Of a DNA stretch of 64,000 bases, positions 51,711 through 61,681 are shown piece after piece. The DNA lies in assembly GCA_040223695.1 (NCBI GenBank), contig JAVKFU010000013.1:126641-190640 (forward strand), read 5' to 3'. The notes beneath the pieces are model-generated. The model saw nothing but the letters and a program-made list of their open reading frames with translations, made no database searches and was not told the DNA's origin. Position numbers and translations under genes: made by a program. Every line of letters begins with the position of its first letter. Positions within the stretch are counted from its first letter, which is position 1. The stretch is from Deltaproteobacteria bacterium (GTDB lineage: Bacteria > Desulfobacterota_D > UBA1144 > Nemesobacterales > UBA2774).

Positions 51711-52787
51711 TTGCCTAAGGTACTTGTGCTTCCGGGCGACGGAATCGGAGTTGAAGTTACTAACGTGAGTCTGGACATACTTAAAATCATCGGAGAAAAA
51801 TACAACACCGATTTCGAGACGAAAACCGCTCTCTTCGGCGGGAGCTCGATCGACGAGAGAGGGGTGCCGGTAACAAAAGAGGTGCTTGAGAAAGCGAAAA
51901 CCTCGGACGCAGTGTTAATGGGAGCTGTCGGCGGACCGAAATGGGAGAATCTCGAGCACGAGAAAAAACCCGAAAGCGGTCTCCTGGCGCTCAGAAAGGA
52001 ACTGGACGCATTCGCCAACCTCAGACCCGCGGTCGTCTATTCCGCTCTTGCCGACGCCTCGACATTAAAGAGAGAAGTGGTCGAAGGGACGGACATAATG
52101 GTAGTGCGGGAACTCACGGGCGGAATATATTTCGGCACGCCGCGCGGGATAGAAAATATATCCGAGACTGAACAAAAAGGCTTCAACACACTCGTTTACA
52201 CCACAGGGGAGATCGAAAGAATAGCAAGGGTCGCTTTCGATATAGCGAGGAAGAGGAAAAAGAAAGTGACTTCGATCGATAAAGCGAACGTTCTCGAGGT
52301 TATGCAGCTCTGGAGGACTGTCGTAAGCAGGATTCAAAAGACGGAATACCCGGATGTGGAGCTTGAGCACCTCTATGTGGATAACGCGGCCATGCAGCTT
52401 ATCAGGAGGCCCGGGAGCTTTGATGTAATGCTCGCGGGGAACATGTTCGGAGACATCATAAGCGACGAGGCGGCTCAGTTGACGGGCTCACTCGGGATGC
52501 TCCCTTCCGCCAGCATCGGGAAAGGGGCGATTTATGAACCGGTGCACGGCAGCGCTCCCGACATTGCCGGGCGGGATATTGCGAACCCCATCGCCTCTGT
52601 CCTCACGACAGCGATGATGCTTAAATATTCATTCGATATGGACCGGGCTTCGAGCGATATAGAGAGTGCGGTACAAAGAGTGCTTGAAAAGAGCTACAGA
52701 ACCGCCGATATATACCAGGAGGGAACTGTACAGGTAGGATGTATCGAGATGGGCAAGCTCATAGCAGAGGAGCTTAGCGGACAGTAG
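51711..52787 (+). CDS. leuB: 3-isopropylmalate dehydrogenase
   Basis: PGDGIG, GAVGGPKW, NLRP, RELTGGIYFG, DKANVL, EPVHGSAPDIAG. TTG 51711 with SD AAGGAG is preferred; 51678 is an alternative. Confidence 0.96.
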   Translation: MPKVLVLPGDGIGVEVTNVSLDILKIIGEKYNTDFETKTALFGGSSIDERGVPVTKEVLEKAKTSDAVLMGAVGGPKWENLEHEKKPESGLLALRKELDAFANLRPAVVYSALADASTLKREVVEGTDIMVVRELTGGIYFGTPRGIENISETEQKGFNTLVYTTGEIERIARVAFDIARKRKKKVTSIDKANVLEVMQLWRTVVSRIQKTEYPDVELEHLYVDNAAMQLIRRPGSFDVMLAGNMFGDIISDEAAQLTGSLGMLPSASIGKGAIYEPVHGSAPDIAGRDIANPIASVLTTAMMLKYSFDMDRASSDIESAVQRVLEKSYRTADIYQEGTVQVGCIEMGKLIAEELSGQ

Positions 52788-52808
52788 CAAGTCGGTATAC
52801 TAATCCGG

Positions 52809-55800
52809 GTGAATACCAAACCGCAGTTCAATTCCACAAGCGTCGGTAAATCGCTCTGGGTCAATGATAAATTTAAAGAGCTGTGCAAAAAGATAGATGG
52901 CGGCGAAAAAGACCTGTATATCTCCGGACTCCGCGGCTCTTCAAAATTCTTTCTTGTGCACGCTCTTTGGCTCAAGATTCAAAGACCTGTATTATTCGTA
53001 TCGCCGACAGCAAAAAAGGCCCGGGCCGCTTCCCGCGATTTCTCCTTTTTTTTGAACAAAACTCCGCCTGTGCTTTTAAAAAGGGAGTTCGGGAGCGCGG
53101 AATCCCTGTTTTCGTCGAACACACGGAGCTCTTCAGCCCGGATTCACTGGCTCAATTCGGCACTACAAGGCGGGCTTGTTATAGCCGAGGAATCCGCTCT
53201 TTACGAAAAAACCGTCCCAAAGAAAATATTTGAGCATTCCGTTATCAGTATCGAAAAGGGAAATATTCTGTACAGAGAGGAATTAATCGAGGGGTTAATT
53301 CAATCCGGCTATACCCGTACCGACTTTGTACAGAAGGAAGGCGAGCTTGGTGAAAGAGGCTCGATAGTCGATATATTTTCCCCGGGGCAAGACAGTCCCG
53401 TGAGAATCGAATTCATAGGGGACGAAATCGGCTCGATAAGACTGTTCAATCCGGAAGATCAGAAATCAAGAGATAAGATCGAAACTGTGACTATCCTTCC
53501 CGGAAGCGAGGTTATATTAAACGCGGACTCTATCAAAAGGGCCGTAAGATATCTGAAGCATAAAGCCGGAGAAGAGGGGATTACGGCACGGAACAAGCTC
53601 GCTCTCACCGAGGAAATAGGGAAGGGAAACAGGCTGGCAAATATAGAGTGGCTGCTCCCGGCATTCTATAAGCCTCCAGGCTCAATATTCGAATACCTGC
53701 CGGAGAGCACGATTATCGTAACCGAAGATGAGGACGAATCTCCAAGAGCGGCCGAAGAGTACATGAAAGCGCGAAACAAAACCGAGCCCCTTATAAAAAG
53801 ACACCTGAAGGTAGCGCCCGGTGCCGGAGAGCTATTTTTTAATTTATCGGAAATCGACAAAGAAAGAGCCGGTTATCAACAAATCTTTCTGAGGGAACTT
53901 AACATTGAAGAGACGGGGTTCAAATCCATAGAGTTTAACGGTGAGCGCGTTTTCATAGAAGCTGCACGAGGTACGGATTCGCCGCTCGACGCGCTTTCCG
54001 AAGAAATAGAGGGCTGCAGGCAAAAGGGTTACTCGCTCCACCTCTCATTTCAAACCGCAACCGAAAGGGAAAAACTGGTTAACATCCTTAAGGGGCGCGG
54101 AATTACAGAAGTAAACGCGCATGTAAGCGAGCTTTCACACGGGTTCAGGCTCCCTGAGGCGAAAATTGAAGTCCTTACGGAATGGGATATCCTCGGGGAG
54201 AAGAAAGAAAGGGGAACCCGAAAAAAGGGCGCCGACGTTCCTTCCGCATTTATAACTTCCTTCAGCGAGCTTAAACCCGGGGATTATATAGTGCATGTGG
54301 ATTTCGGGGTCGGTATTTTCAGAAGCCTGAAGAGGCTTAAGATAGGGGACTCGGAGGGGGACTTCATCCAGTGCGAATATGCGGGCGGAGACAAGATATA
54401 CGTCCCGATAGACAGACTCAAACTTGTTCAGAGATACATAGGGGACGGCAAAAAGCCCAAGGTGGACCGACTAGGAACCCAGAGCTGGAATACAAGGGTA
54501 AGGAAAGTAAGAAAAGCGGTAGAAAATGTAGCAAGGGAGCTTCTCGAACTCTACGCGAGGAGAAAAGCCATGAAAGGGTACGCCTTTACGCCCGGTGACG
54601 AGCAATTCCGGGAGTTTGAGCTTGCATTCACCTATGAAGAAACACCCGACCAGGAAGCCGCTATTGAGGAAGTAATAAGGGATATGGAGGCCTCCACGCC
54701 GATGGACAGACTTATCTGCGGGGACGTAGGATTCGGAAAAACCGAAGTCGCGCTGAGGGCCGCCTTTAAAGCTGTCTCCGACGGAAAGCAGGTCGCTTTT
54801 CTCGTCCCCACCACGCTGCTTGCCCAGCAGCACTATAAAACCTCTCTAGCCCGGCTTAAGGATTATCCGCTTGTGATAGAATCACTGTCCAGATTTAAAA
54901 CCGGCAAACAGGCAGCGGGGATATTTTCGAAACTCGAAAACGGCAAGATCGATATTATTATCGGAACCCACAAGCTTCTCGGTGAAAAAATCAAATTTAA
55001 GGACCTCGGACTCGTTATAATCGACGAGGAGCACAGATTCGGGGTATCCCAGAAGGAAAAACTCAGGAAGATTAGAGAAGGGGTGGACACTGTTTCAATG
55101 AGCGCCACCCCGATACCGAGAACTCTCCAGCTCTCGCTCGCAAAAATTCGCGATATAAGCCTTATAAACACCCCGCCCGAAGGGAGGCAGGCAATCGAGA
55201 CCTACGTATATCAGTCAACCCCGGACATCATCAAGGAGGCCGTTACAAGGGAGATCGACCGCAAGGGATCGGTATATTTCATACACAACCGCATCGAAGA
55301 TATTCACCGGGTCGCCGAGAGGCTCCAGAAACTATTTCCGGGCGCCAGAATAGAAGTCACGCACGGAAGGATGAGGGAGAAAGCGCTTGAAAAAACGATC
55401 ACAAAATTCATCGAAGGCGATCTTGACATTCTGGTCACGACCGCGATAGTAGAGTCGGGACTCGATATACCGAGGGCAAATACCATTATCATCGACGACG
55501 CCCACACTTTCGGGCTTGCCGATCTTTACCAGCTGAGAGGAAGGGTCGGGAGGTCGGAAAAAAAGGCCTACGCGTATTTATTAATCCCGTCACGATCATC
55601 ACTGTCGCCGGAAGCGAGAAGGAGGCTGCGGGCAATTTCAGATCTAAAGGAACTGGGTTCGGGCTATAAGCTCGCCCTTTCCGACCTGGAAATAAGAGGG
55701 GCCGGGCACCTGTTCGGAACCGAGCAGTCAGGCCACATCGCGGATGTCGGAATCGAGCTCTATCTGGATATGCTGGAAGGGGCGGTAAGGAGGCTCGAAG

Positions 55801-56234
55801 GCAAGAAGGTCAAGGAGGAAATCGAGACCGACATCTCGGTGAGCTCTCCCGCTTTCATACCGGATGACTACATATCGAACGACACGGAGAGGCTTCTTTT
55901 CTACAAAAGATTATCCGCTGTTAACGACGAGGACAGCCTTCGTGAAATTACCTCCGAGTTAAGGGACCGCTTCGGCGAAATCCCGGGACCGGCGGCCTCG
56001 CTCGTAGAACTGATTGAACTAAAAATAATGATGAAAAAACTCCTGATCAAAAAAGCTGAGATTGGAAGCAAGAAAGCCGTTATAACATTTTCCGAAAACT
56101 CCCCCTTGTACGCAAAATATCCACGATCGGGAAGAACGGAAATATACTTCGAGGCACAAGAACCGCTGGCTGAAATAAAAAGGATTATTCACAAACTCGG
56201 TAGAACCCAAAAAGAAAAAAGGCCGGAAAGATAG
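52809..56234 (+). CDS. mfd: Transcription-repair coupling factor
   Basis: UvrB-like N-terminus, CarD-like RID (VHVDFGVG), GDVGFGKTEVA, DEEH, SATPIPRTL, QLRGRVGR, TRCF domain. Confidence 0.97.
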   Translation: MNTKPQFNSTSVGKSLWVNDKFKELCKKIDGGEKDLYISGLRGSSKFFLVHALWLKIQRPVLFVSPTAKKARAASRDFSFFLNKTPPVLLKREFGSAESLFSSNTRSSSARIHWLNSALQGGLVIAEESALYEKTVPKKIFEHSVISIEKGNILYREELIEGLIQSGYTRTDFVQKEGELGERGSIVDIFSPGQDSPVRIEFIGDEIGSIRLFNPEDQKSRDKIETVTILPGSEVILNADSIKRAVRYLKHKAGEEGITARNKLALTEEIGKGNRLANIEWLLPAFYKPPGSIFEYLPESTIIVTEDEDESPRAAEEYMKARNKTEPLIKRHLKVAPGAGELFFNLSEIDKERAGYQQIFLRELNIEETGFKSIEFNGERVFIEAARGTDSPLDALSEEIEGCRQKGYSLHLSFQTATEREKLVNILKGRGITEVNAHVSELSHGFRLPEAKIEVLTEWDILGEKKERGTRKKGADVPSAFITSFSELKPGDYIVHVDFGVGIFRSLKRLKIGDSEGDFIQCEYAGGDKIYVPIDRLKLVQRYIGDGKKPKVDRLGTQSWNTRVRKVRKAVENVARELLELYARRKAMKGYAFTPGDEQFREFELAFTYEETPDQEAAIEEVIRDMEASTPMDRLICGDVGFGKTEVALRAAFKAVSDGKQVAFLVPTTLLAQQHYKTSLARLKDYPLVIESLSRFKTGKQAAGIFSKLENGKIDIIIGTHKLLGEKIKFKDLGLVIIDEEHRFGVSQKEKLRKIREGVDTVSMSATPIPRTLQLSLAKIRDISLINTPPEGRQAIETYVYQSTPDIIKEAVTREIDRKGSVYFIHNRIEDIHRVAERLQKLFPGARIEVTHGRMREKALEKTITKFIEGDLDILVTTAIVESGLDIPRANTIIIDDAHTFGLADLYQLRGRVGRSEKKAYAYLLIPSRSSLSPEARRRLRAISDLKELGSGYKLALSDLEIRGAGHLFGTEQSGHIADVGIELYLDMLEGAVRRLEGKKVKEEIETDISVSSPAFIPDDYISNDTERLLFYKRLSAVNDEDSLREITSELRDRFGEIPGPAASLVELIELKIMMKKLLIKKAEIGSKKAVITFSENSPLYAKYPRSGRTEIYFEAQEPLAEIKRIIHKLGRTQKEKRPER

Positions 56235-56247
56235 CGTAAGGAGGCAA

Positions 56248-57147
56248 ATGGTAAAGATGAAATTAATTATCTTTTTATCGGCACTGGCAGTACTTGCCGG
56301 ATGCGGCGATTTCAATAATTTTTACAGGGAGAAAAAGACGAATTCTGAGTCGAGACCCGGAGGCCCCGGAGTTGTGGCAGTCATAGGCTCTGAAGGGATA
56401 ACGCTAGATGAATTAATGGAGGCGGTTAACAAACTCCCGCTCAAGAAGAGAAAAATGTATTTATCTTCCGGAGAGAAGCTGAATGAATTCCTGGACTCCT
56501 ATATAAACCAAAAGATTATCTACGAGGAAGCGCTCAAAAGGGGAATCGACCGCAGGGAAGATATAATCGAGAGGACAGAGAGCTTCAAAAAACAGCTCGT
56601 GGGACAGGCGTTTGCTCAGGATATATTGAATGACATCAACATCGGTGAAAGGGATATTCAGAAATATTATGACACCAACAAGGAAGACTTCGAGCGCGTA
56701 GGTATAAGCGTAATATTTATTAAGCCCAAGCCGAAAGAAGGTCTCACGAAACAGGACGCATTCGCACGGGCCGAGATGGTTTCAGAAAGGGCTCAGGCCG
56801 GAGAAGACTTTGAAAAGCTCACCCGTGAATACTCCGATGATATGGAGTCGATTAAAATGGCGGGCAAGGTAGGCTACGTTGAGAAAGGCCGGTACCCTGT
56901 CCACATCGAAGAGAAAATTTTCTCTATGGCACAGGGAGAAATATCAAAACCGCTGGAAGTTGAAGACGGATTCTATATAATTAAAATAGACGAAACGGCG
57001 GGCACTGTCCCGGACGGACAGATAAAAAGAAAAATACGGTCCGAATTAGTCAATAAAAAAGTGATAGAATACGTCAACGGTTTGAGGAAGGATTGGGGCG
57101 TTTTGACCTATAAAGAGAGATTAGAGGAGAAAGTTAAAAGTGACTAA
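56248..57147 (+). CDS. PpiC-type peptidyl-prolyl isomerase lipoprotein
   Basis: Lipobox LAGC; GEDFEKLTREYSDD...GFYIIKI. Confidence 0.85.
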   Translation: MVKMKLIIFLSALAVLAGCGDFNNFYREKKTNSESRPGGPGVVAVIGSEGITLDELMEAVNKLPLKKRKMYLSSGEKLNEFLDSYINQKIIYEEALKRGIDRREDIIERTESFKKQLVGQAFAQDILNDINIGERDIQKYYDTNKEDFERVGISVIFIKPKPKEGLTKQDAFARAEMVSERAQAGEDFEKLTREYSDDMESIKMAGKVGYVEKGRYPVHIEEKIFSMAQGEISKPLEVEDGFYIIKIDETAGTVPDGQIKRKIRSELVNKKVIEYVNGLRKDWGVLTYKERLEEKVKSD

Positions 57148-58135
57148 CAAAAAAACAGGATTTTTGACAGCATTAGTTCTCTTACTTATTTTGCCTGTCT
57201 TTAAGACGGCAGAGTCACGAGAGACAGTGGACAGGGTCGTAGCAATCGTCAATGATGACATCATCACACTGTCAGAAGTCAGAGAGATGGCTCTCAGCAT
57301 CAACCTGACATCAACCGAGGAGATAAACGAACGATCGGTGCTCCAGCAAATGATCGAACAGAAGATCTTTGAACAGCAAGCAGAAAAACTCGGCATCAAA
57401 GTTACGGAAGCCGAACTCGATGCGAGCATAGAGCAGGTAAAGAGGAAGTACAATCTGAATGATGAGCAGATGGAGGAGGTTTTAAAGAAACAAAACCTGA
57501 CCCCCGAAAGCTTCAGGGAGCAGTGGAGGCTTCAGACACTCGGGAACAAACTTCTCGATTCACAGTTAAAAAACCGAATTGTAATCACGGATGCCGAGAT
57601 ACAAAGATACTACGAACAGAACTACGGCGGTGCCGGATCGACATCGATTACGGCAAGTCCGGCAGAGTCCGGCGAAGAGGTAAAAATAGCGCACATACTG
57701 ATATCGACAAACAGCCCCGACGCCGCACAAAAAGCCCGGGAGGTAGCCGAGATGGCTAAATCCGGCCAGGATTTCGGTGAATTGGCGAAAGAATATTCGG
57801 ACGACGCACTGTCGGCCGAGAAGGGCGGAGATATAGGTTACTTCAAAAAAGGCGATTTAATTCAGGCCCTGGAGGTAGCGGTTGAAAACACACCTGAGGG
57901 AAAAGTTTCCGGCCCGGTCGAATCTCCCGCCGGTTATCACATAGTCAAGGTTCTCGAAAGGACGAATGCCGAGAAGTCCGATGACTCGGACCCGGAATCC
58001 TCAAATGAAATCGCAATCGACGAGCAAACCAAACAGGAAATCAGCGATATTCTCTACAGGCAAAAAGCGGAAGTTCAGCTGAGAGACTGGCTCGACGGAG
58101 TTAAGAAAGAAGCCTATATTGAAGTAAAACTTTGA
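57140..58135 (+). CDS. surA: SurA-like periplasmic chaperone/PPIase
   Basis: VDRVVAIVNDDIITLSE, IAHILI, FGELAKEYSDD, GGDIG, GYHIVKV. Confidence 0.85.
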   Translation: MTNKKTGFLTALVLLLILPVFKTAESRETVDRVVAIVNDDIITLSEVREMALSINLTSTEEINERSVLQQMIEQKIFEQQAEKLGIKVTEAELDASIEQVKRKYNLNDEQMEEVLKKQNLTPESFREQWRLQTLGNKLLDSQLKNRIVITDAEIQRYYEQNYGGAGSTSITASPAESGEEVKIAHILISTNSPDAAQKAREVAEMAKSGQDFGELAKEYSDDALSAEKGGDIGYFKKGDLIQALEVAVENTPEGKVSGPVESPAGYHIVKVLERTNAEKSDDSDPESSNEIAIDEQTKQEISDILYRQKAEVQLRDWLDGVKKEAYIEVKL

Positions 58136-58137
58136 TT

Positions 58138-58641
58138 TCAAGGTGTCAGCTTCTCTATATAATCCTCATGCCGGGGAAATCGCTCTATTAATTCTTTTCT
58201 GTCTCCGAGCTCGAAATCCGAGAATTCGAAACCGGGCGCGACGGTAGCCCCCATCAACGCGAATTCACCCCCTTCGAGCAAATAACAGCCGAACCAAAGA
58301 CCCGCCGGTACGGCGACCTGAACGAACTGACCCGCTTTGAGATCCTGGCCTAAGAAGATGACTTTGATTGTTCCGCTAGGGTGTATCATAATCATCTGAA
58401 CGGGATCGCCCAGATAGAAGTGCCATACCTCATCACTCTTGAGCCGGTGCAAATAAGACCTGGTATCGTGTGTAAGAAGGTAAAGGATTGCCGTGGAGTG
58501 GTCTCTGTCGCCCGTGTACCGCTCCGGAAGCGAGTCTTTTTTGATCCCCTCTTTGGCGCGGTATGTTTCTACATAGTAACCCCCTTCTTCAGGATGGGGC
58601 TTCATGTTGTAAAGCTTGATTATCCTCTCTGCCGTTATCAT
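58138..58641 (-). CDS. Cupin_5 (DUF985) family protein
   Basis: PHPEEGGYY, TAILYLL, SDEVWHFYLG, VAPGFEFSDFE. Confidence 0.93.
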   Translation of the reverse strand: MITAERIIKLYNMKPHPEEGGYYVETYRAKEGIKKDSLPERYTGDRDHSTAILYLLTHDTRSYLHRLKSDEVWHFYLGDPVQMIMIHPSGTIKVIFLGQDLKAGQFVQVAVPAGLWFGCYLLEGGEFALMGATVAPGFEFSDFELGDRKELIERFPRHEDYIEKLTP

Positions 58642-58777
58642 TATCGTCCTCCTTTAGAGCGCATATGATTATCATAACCATAATTTTATAATAGTTAAAA
58701 AACAGTCCTTGACTCCCCCGAAACCGTGACTATTTTCAAAGTAAGAAGGCAAAATCAGAAAATCAGGAGGCACAAAA

Positions 58778-59209
58778 ATGAGAGTAAAAGTATGGGAACC
58801 GTTCAGGAGCTTTAAACCGTTTTACGGAGATTTCGGCAGGTGGTTCGACGAAGCAGCCGAAGGCACGGCTGAAGAGGGTCATTGGCATCCAAGTGTGGAT
58901 GTATATGAAACGGGTAACAGCTATGTCCTGAAAGCCGACCTTCCGGGCGTGAGTAAAGAAGACATAAAAATCGACGTCAACAAGAATACCCTTACGCTTA
59001 AGGGCGAGAGGAAGTCCGAAGAGAAGGTCGAGAAAGAAAACTATGTGAGAGTCGAGCGCAGCTACGGAAGCTTTTCCAGATCGTTCTCCCTTTCGGACAA
59101 GGTGAATACGGAAAGCATCAAGGCGAATTACAAAGACGGCGTGCTTGAAATCACGCTTCCGAAAAAAGAGGAAGCAAAACCAAAGGAAATTAAAGTAGAA
59201 GTCAACTAG
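58778..59209 (+). CDS. Hsp20/alpha-crystallin small heat shock protein
   Basis: PSVDVYET, ADLPGV, GERK, ERSYGSFSRSF, YKDGVLEITLPK; SD AGGAGG. Confidence 0.95.
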   Translation: MRVKVWEPFRSFKPFYGDFGRWFDEAAEGTAEEGHWHPSVDVYETGNSYVLKADLPGVSKEDIKIDVNKNTLTLKGERKSEEKVEKENYVRVERSYGSFSRSFSLSDKVNTESIKANYKDGVLEITLPKKEEAKPKEIKVEVN

Positions 59210-59219
59210 AGACCTAATT

Positions 59220-59240
59220 GCGGCCCCTCCAGGGGGCCGC
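59220..59240 (+). terminator. GC-rich hairpin between converging genes
   Basis: GCGGCCCC-TCCAG-GGGGCCGC 8-bp stem just after the hsp20 stop; weak U tract. Confidence 0.55.
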
Positions 59241-59266
59241 TTAGTTCTCAATCCTCTTTATTCGTT

Positions 59267-60181
59267 TTAAATTCCGAGTTCCTCTCTGTATAAAACGTCT
59301 GCAGGTTTATTCTTGTCCCAGTAATCGGTTATGAGAATTTTATTTCTCACGGCCTGCGTCGTAAGCCATTTTGCGTCGGTGCCGAATCCGCTAATATAAG
59401 TTTCTTTCCACTACATAATCTCGTATGGGAATGCTTTCTCGAATGTAATTTCTAGAGAGCGGCCCGAGTCGGGATAATTCAGCTTATAAACCATCGATGC
59501 GGTATCAGCCGGATTCTCTTCCAGTGAGGCCCGGGCGGTTTCGACCTTCAAAGCTCTGTGCGTTAATCTCGACGCCATCGCGCCCGGTATTATCTTAATC
59601 TTCCCTGCGGGAAGACTGCGGGGGGCAAGCCTTATCCGCGTCCATACCTCATCCTCGAGAAATTCATCCTCCGGACTAAACTCCCTGTCCCCTTCGGACT
59701 CGAAATAAGAAAAGCTTTTCACATTGTATTCGTCATCGACCAGATTTAACTGCGTGCAAGTGCTGCCGCACCATTCCTGGGAAGAGGACGAAATCTTGAG
59801 CGTGTCGGGATACTCTTCTATATCGACAGGGGTAAAGACGGAATTCATCATGGAATATCGGTAGATTCCCGTATTGAATTTTTTTATATTGTTGAGTTTT
59901 AGCACTTTCATCGCGTCTTCTTTTGAGTTCCCGGGGCTATCGAGTTTCACCTGCTTCTTTTTTGAAAAATCTTCAGAGACAAAGATAAGGACCGCATAGC
60001 CGTCGTGCAGCTGTCCGTACCTACCCTGTTTAAGTTCGTAACTCGTTATCTCCGCTTTCCCGGAGTACCAGTAATCTGTGAACTCTTTGTTATCCGTGAC
60101 TGCCGAAGCACTGTCCTGAGCGACGGATTTAACGGCGAACGAAAGAATAACCATGATCACAATGAGCAATTTCGGTAACAT
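59267..60181 (-). pseudogene. Exported protein gene interrupted by a single in-frame TAG (59413-59411)
   Basis: ATG 60181 with signal peptide; WYSGKAEITSYEL...SSQEWCG. After FPYEIM-TAG the frame continues 47 codons (WKETYISGFG...DYWDKN...ELGI) to TAA at 59269-59267. Confidence 0.7.
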
Positions 60182-60670
60182 AAATTTACCTCTCCATAAG
60201 GATAAAAGTGTAGTATACGAAGTTCCGGATACCGGTAATAGTAGATGAATAATGAAGGAAGAAGGTGCAGATATCAGAAAAAAACAAGGGTAAGCCAGCG
60301 AAATCGTATTTCGCCGGCTCACCCTATGGAGGATGATGGCTCTACAACGTTACTTTCCCTGAATTAAGAACTAATAATCCTTTTAACAACCTCAAACAGA
60401 CCCGAACCAATCAGCCATCACCTATGATTTAATATAATCCCAATCATCTGAATAATTAAGAGGACAATAGTACTTATTTTATGTATTAAATTTTCTATAT
60501 GCATATAATATTCTAATACTATAGTATTAAGTCTATAGTATTAATAAAACGTCCTGTGAATACCGCAAATACCGTAATAATGTCATCCAAAAAAACAAAA
60601 ATAATTATACAAATAATTTATCCGGGCATGTCCTACAATTGCTGGAAACTTGTGGTAGTTTAATAATGCT

Positions 60671-61672
60671 GTGAAGAAAGTAATAAACAATTGGGTTCAC
60701 ATCCCCGGCCTCCACTGCGGCTCGGTCACGCTAAGGGACATTATGACTTACTACGGATACCCGTGGTCGGAGCCGATGTGCTTCGGCGTGGGCGGCGGAC
60801 TCGGTTTCTATTATTCTGTCAGGGAGAACCTAAGCCCTACGAGGATGATATTCGTAAGAGGCCCCGGAATGGAGTCCGCTTTCTTCAGTCTCACGGTGAA
60901 ACCGACTACATGGAAACACGCCCGGAAAAATTCCATCGACACTGTCAAGAAACTGATTGATCGCGGCGTGCCCGTAATAATACAGACCGATATTTTTTAC
61001 CTCGACTACTATAATTCCTCCACCCACTTTCCGGGACATATTGTGTCCGTATGGGGATACGACGACGAAAAGGGGACAATGCTCGTAGCCGATAACCATT
61101 TCGAGGGATTGAAAGAGGTTCCGTACGACGCGTTTGAATCGGGCATGGCGTCAAAGGATCCGTCCAATCCGCTGGATAACAATTACATGGACATCGTGCC
61201 TGACAGAGGCGTCAGGCCTCTGGAAGAGGTAATATCTGAGGCGATTCGTTCAAACGCCTTGAAGATGCTCCGGGGAACCAAGGGAGGAAGGGGAGAGTCG
61301 GGGGTGAGAATGATCAAATTGTGGTCGGATGATCTCCCGAACTGGAAAGAGGCCCCCGACTGGAAGTGGTGCGCCAGATTCGGATATCAGGTCATAAAGA
61401 AAAGGGGTGTCGGAGGAGCGGGTTTCAGGTGGATATACAGGGATTTTCTCATAGAAGCAGAAGACATGATCCCGCCGCTTAAGGAGCTGGGGCTCTCCCG
61501 CAAAATGGATTTAATCGGAAATAGGTGGAGCGATGCGGCCATGGTTCTTAAAAATATAAGCGAAAGGGAGCATCCGTCCCGGAAGCTTCTGCACGAAGCC
61601 TCCGGGACGGCACACGAGCTATGGGAGCTCGAGAGCGATTTTTACGAGACGGTACTTGAGAAAGTAAACTAG
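60671..61672 (+). CDS. BtrH N-terminal / DUF4872 domain protein (papain-like fold)
   Basis: HCGSVTL, MCFGVGGGLGF, DIFYLDYY, HFPGH, VWGYD, GGAGFR. Confidence 0.8.
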   Translation: MKKVINNWVHIPGLHCGSVTLRDIMTYYGYPWSEPMCFGVGGGLGFYYSVRENLSPTRMIFVRGPGMESAFFSLTVKPTTWKHARKNSIDTVKKLIDRGVPVIIQTDIFYLDYYNSSTHFPGHIVSVWGYDDEKGTMLVADNHFEGLKEVPYDAFESGMASKDPSNPLDNNYMDIVPDRGVRPLEEVISEAIRSNALKMLRGTKGGRGESGVRMIKLWSDDLPNWKEAPDWKWCARFGYQVIKKRGVGGAGFRWIYRDFLIEAEDMIPPLKELGLSRKMDLIGNRWSDAAMVLKNISEREHPSRKLLHEASGTAHELWELESDFYETVLEKVN

Positions 61673-61681
61673 GTAGAGAAG

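Noticed and set aside
58690-58777. CIRCE or other heat-shock operator before hsp20
   Set aside because: No TTAGCACTC-N9-GAGTGCTAA; only a plausible TTGACT/-10 promoter.
59411-59413. Genome-wide TAG reassignment
   Set aside because: Many full-length genes in the window end properly at TAG, and no other interrupted gene was seen.
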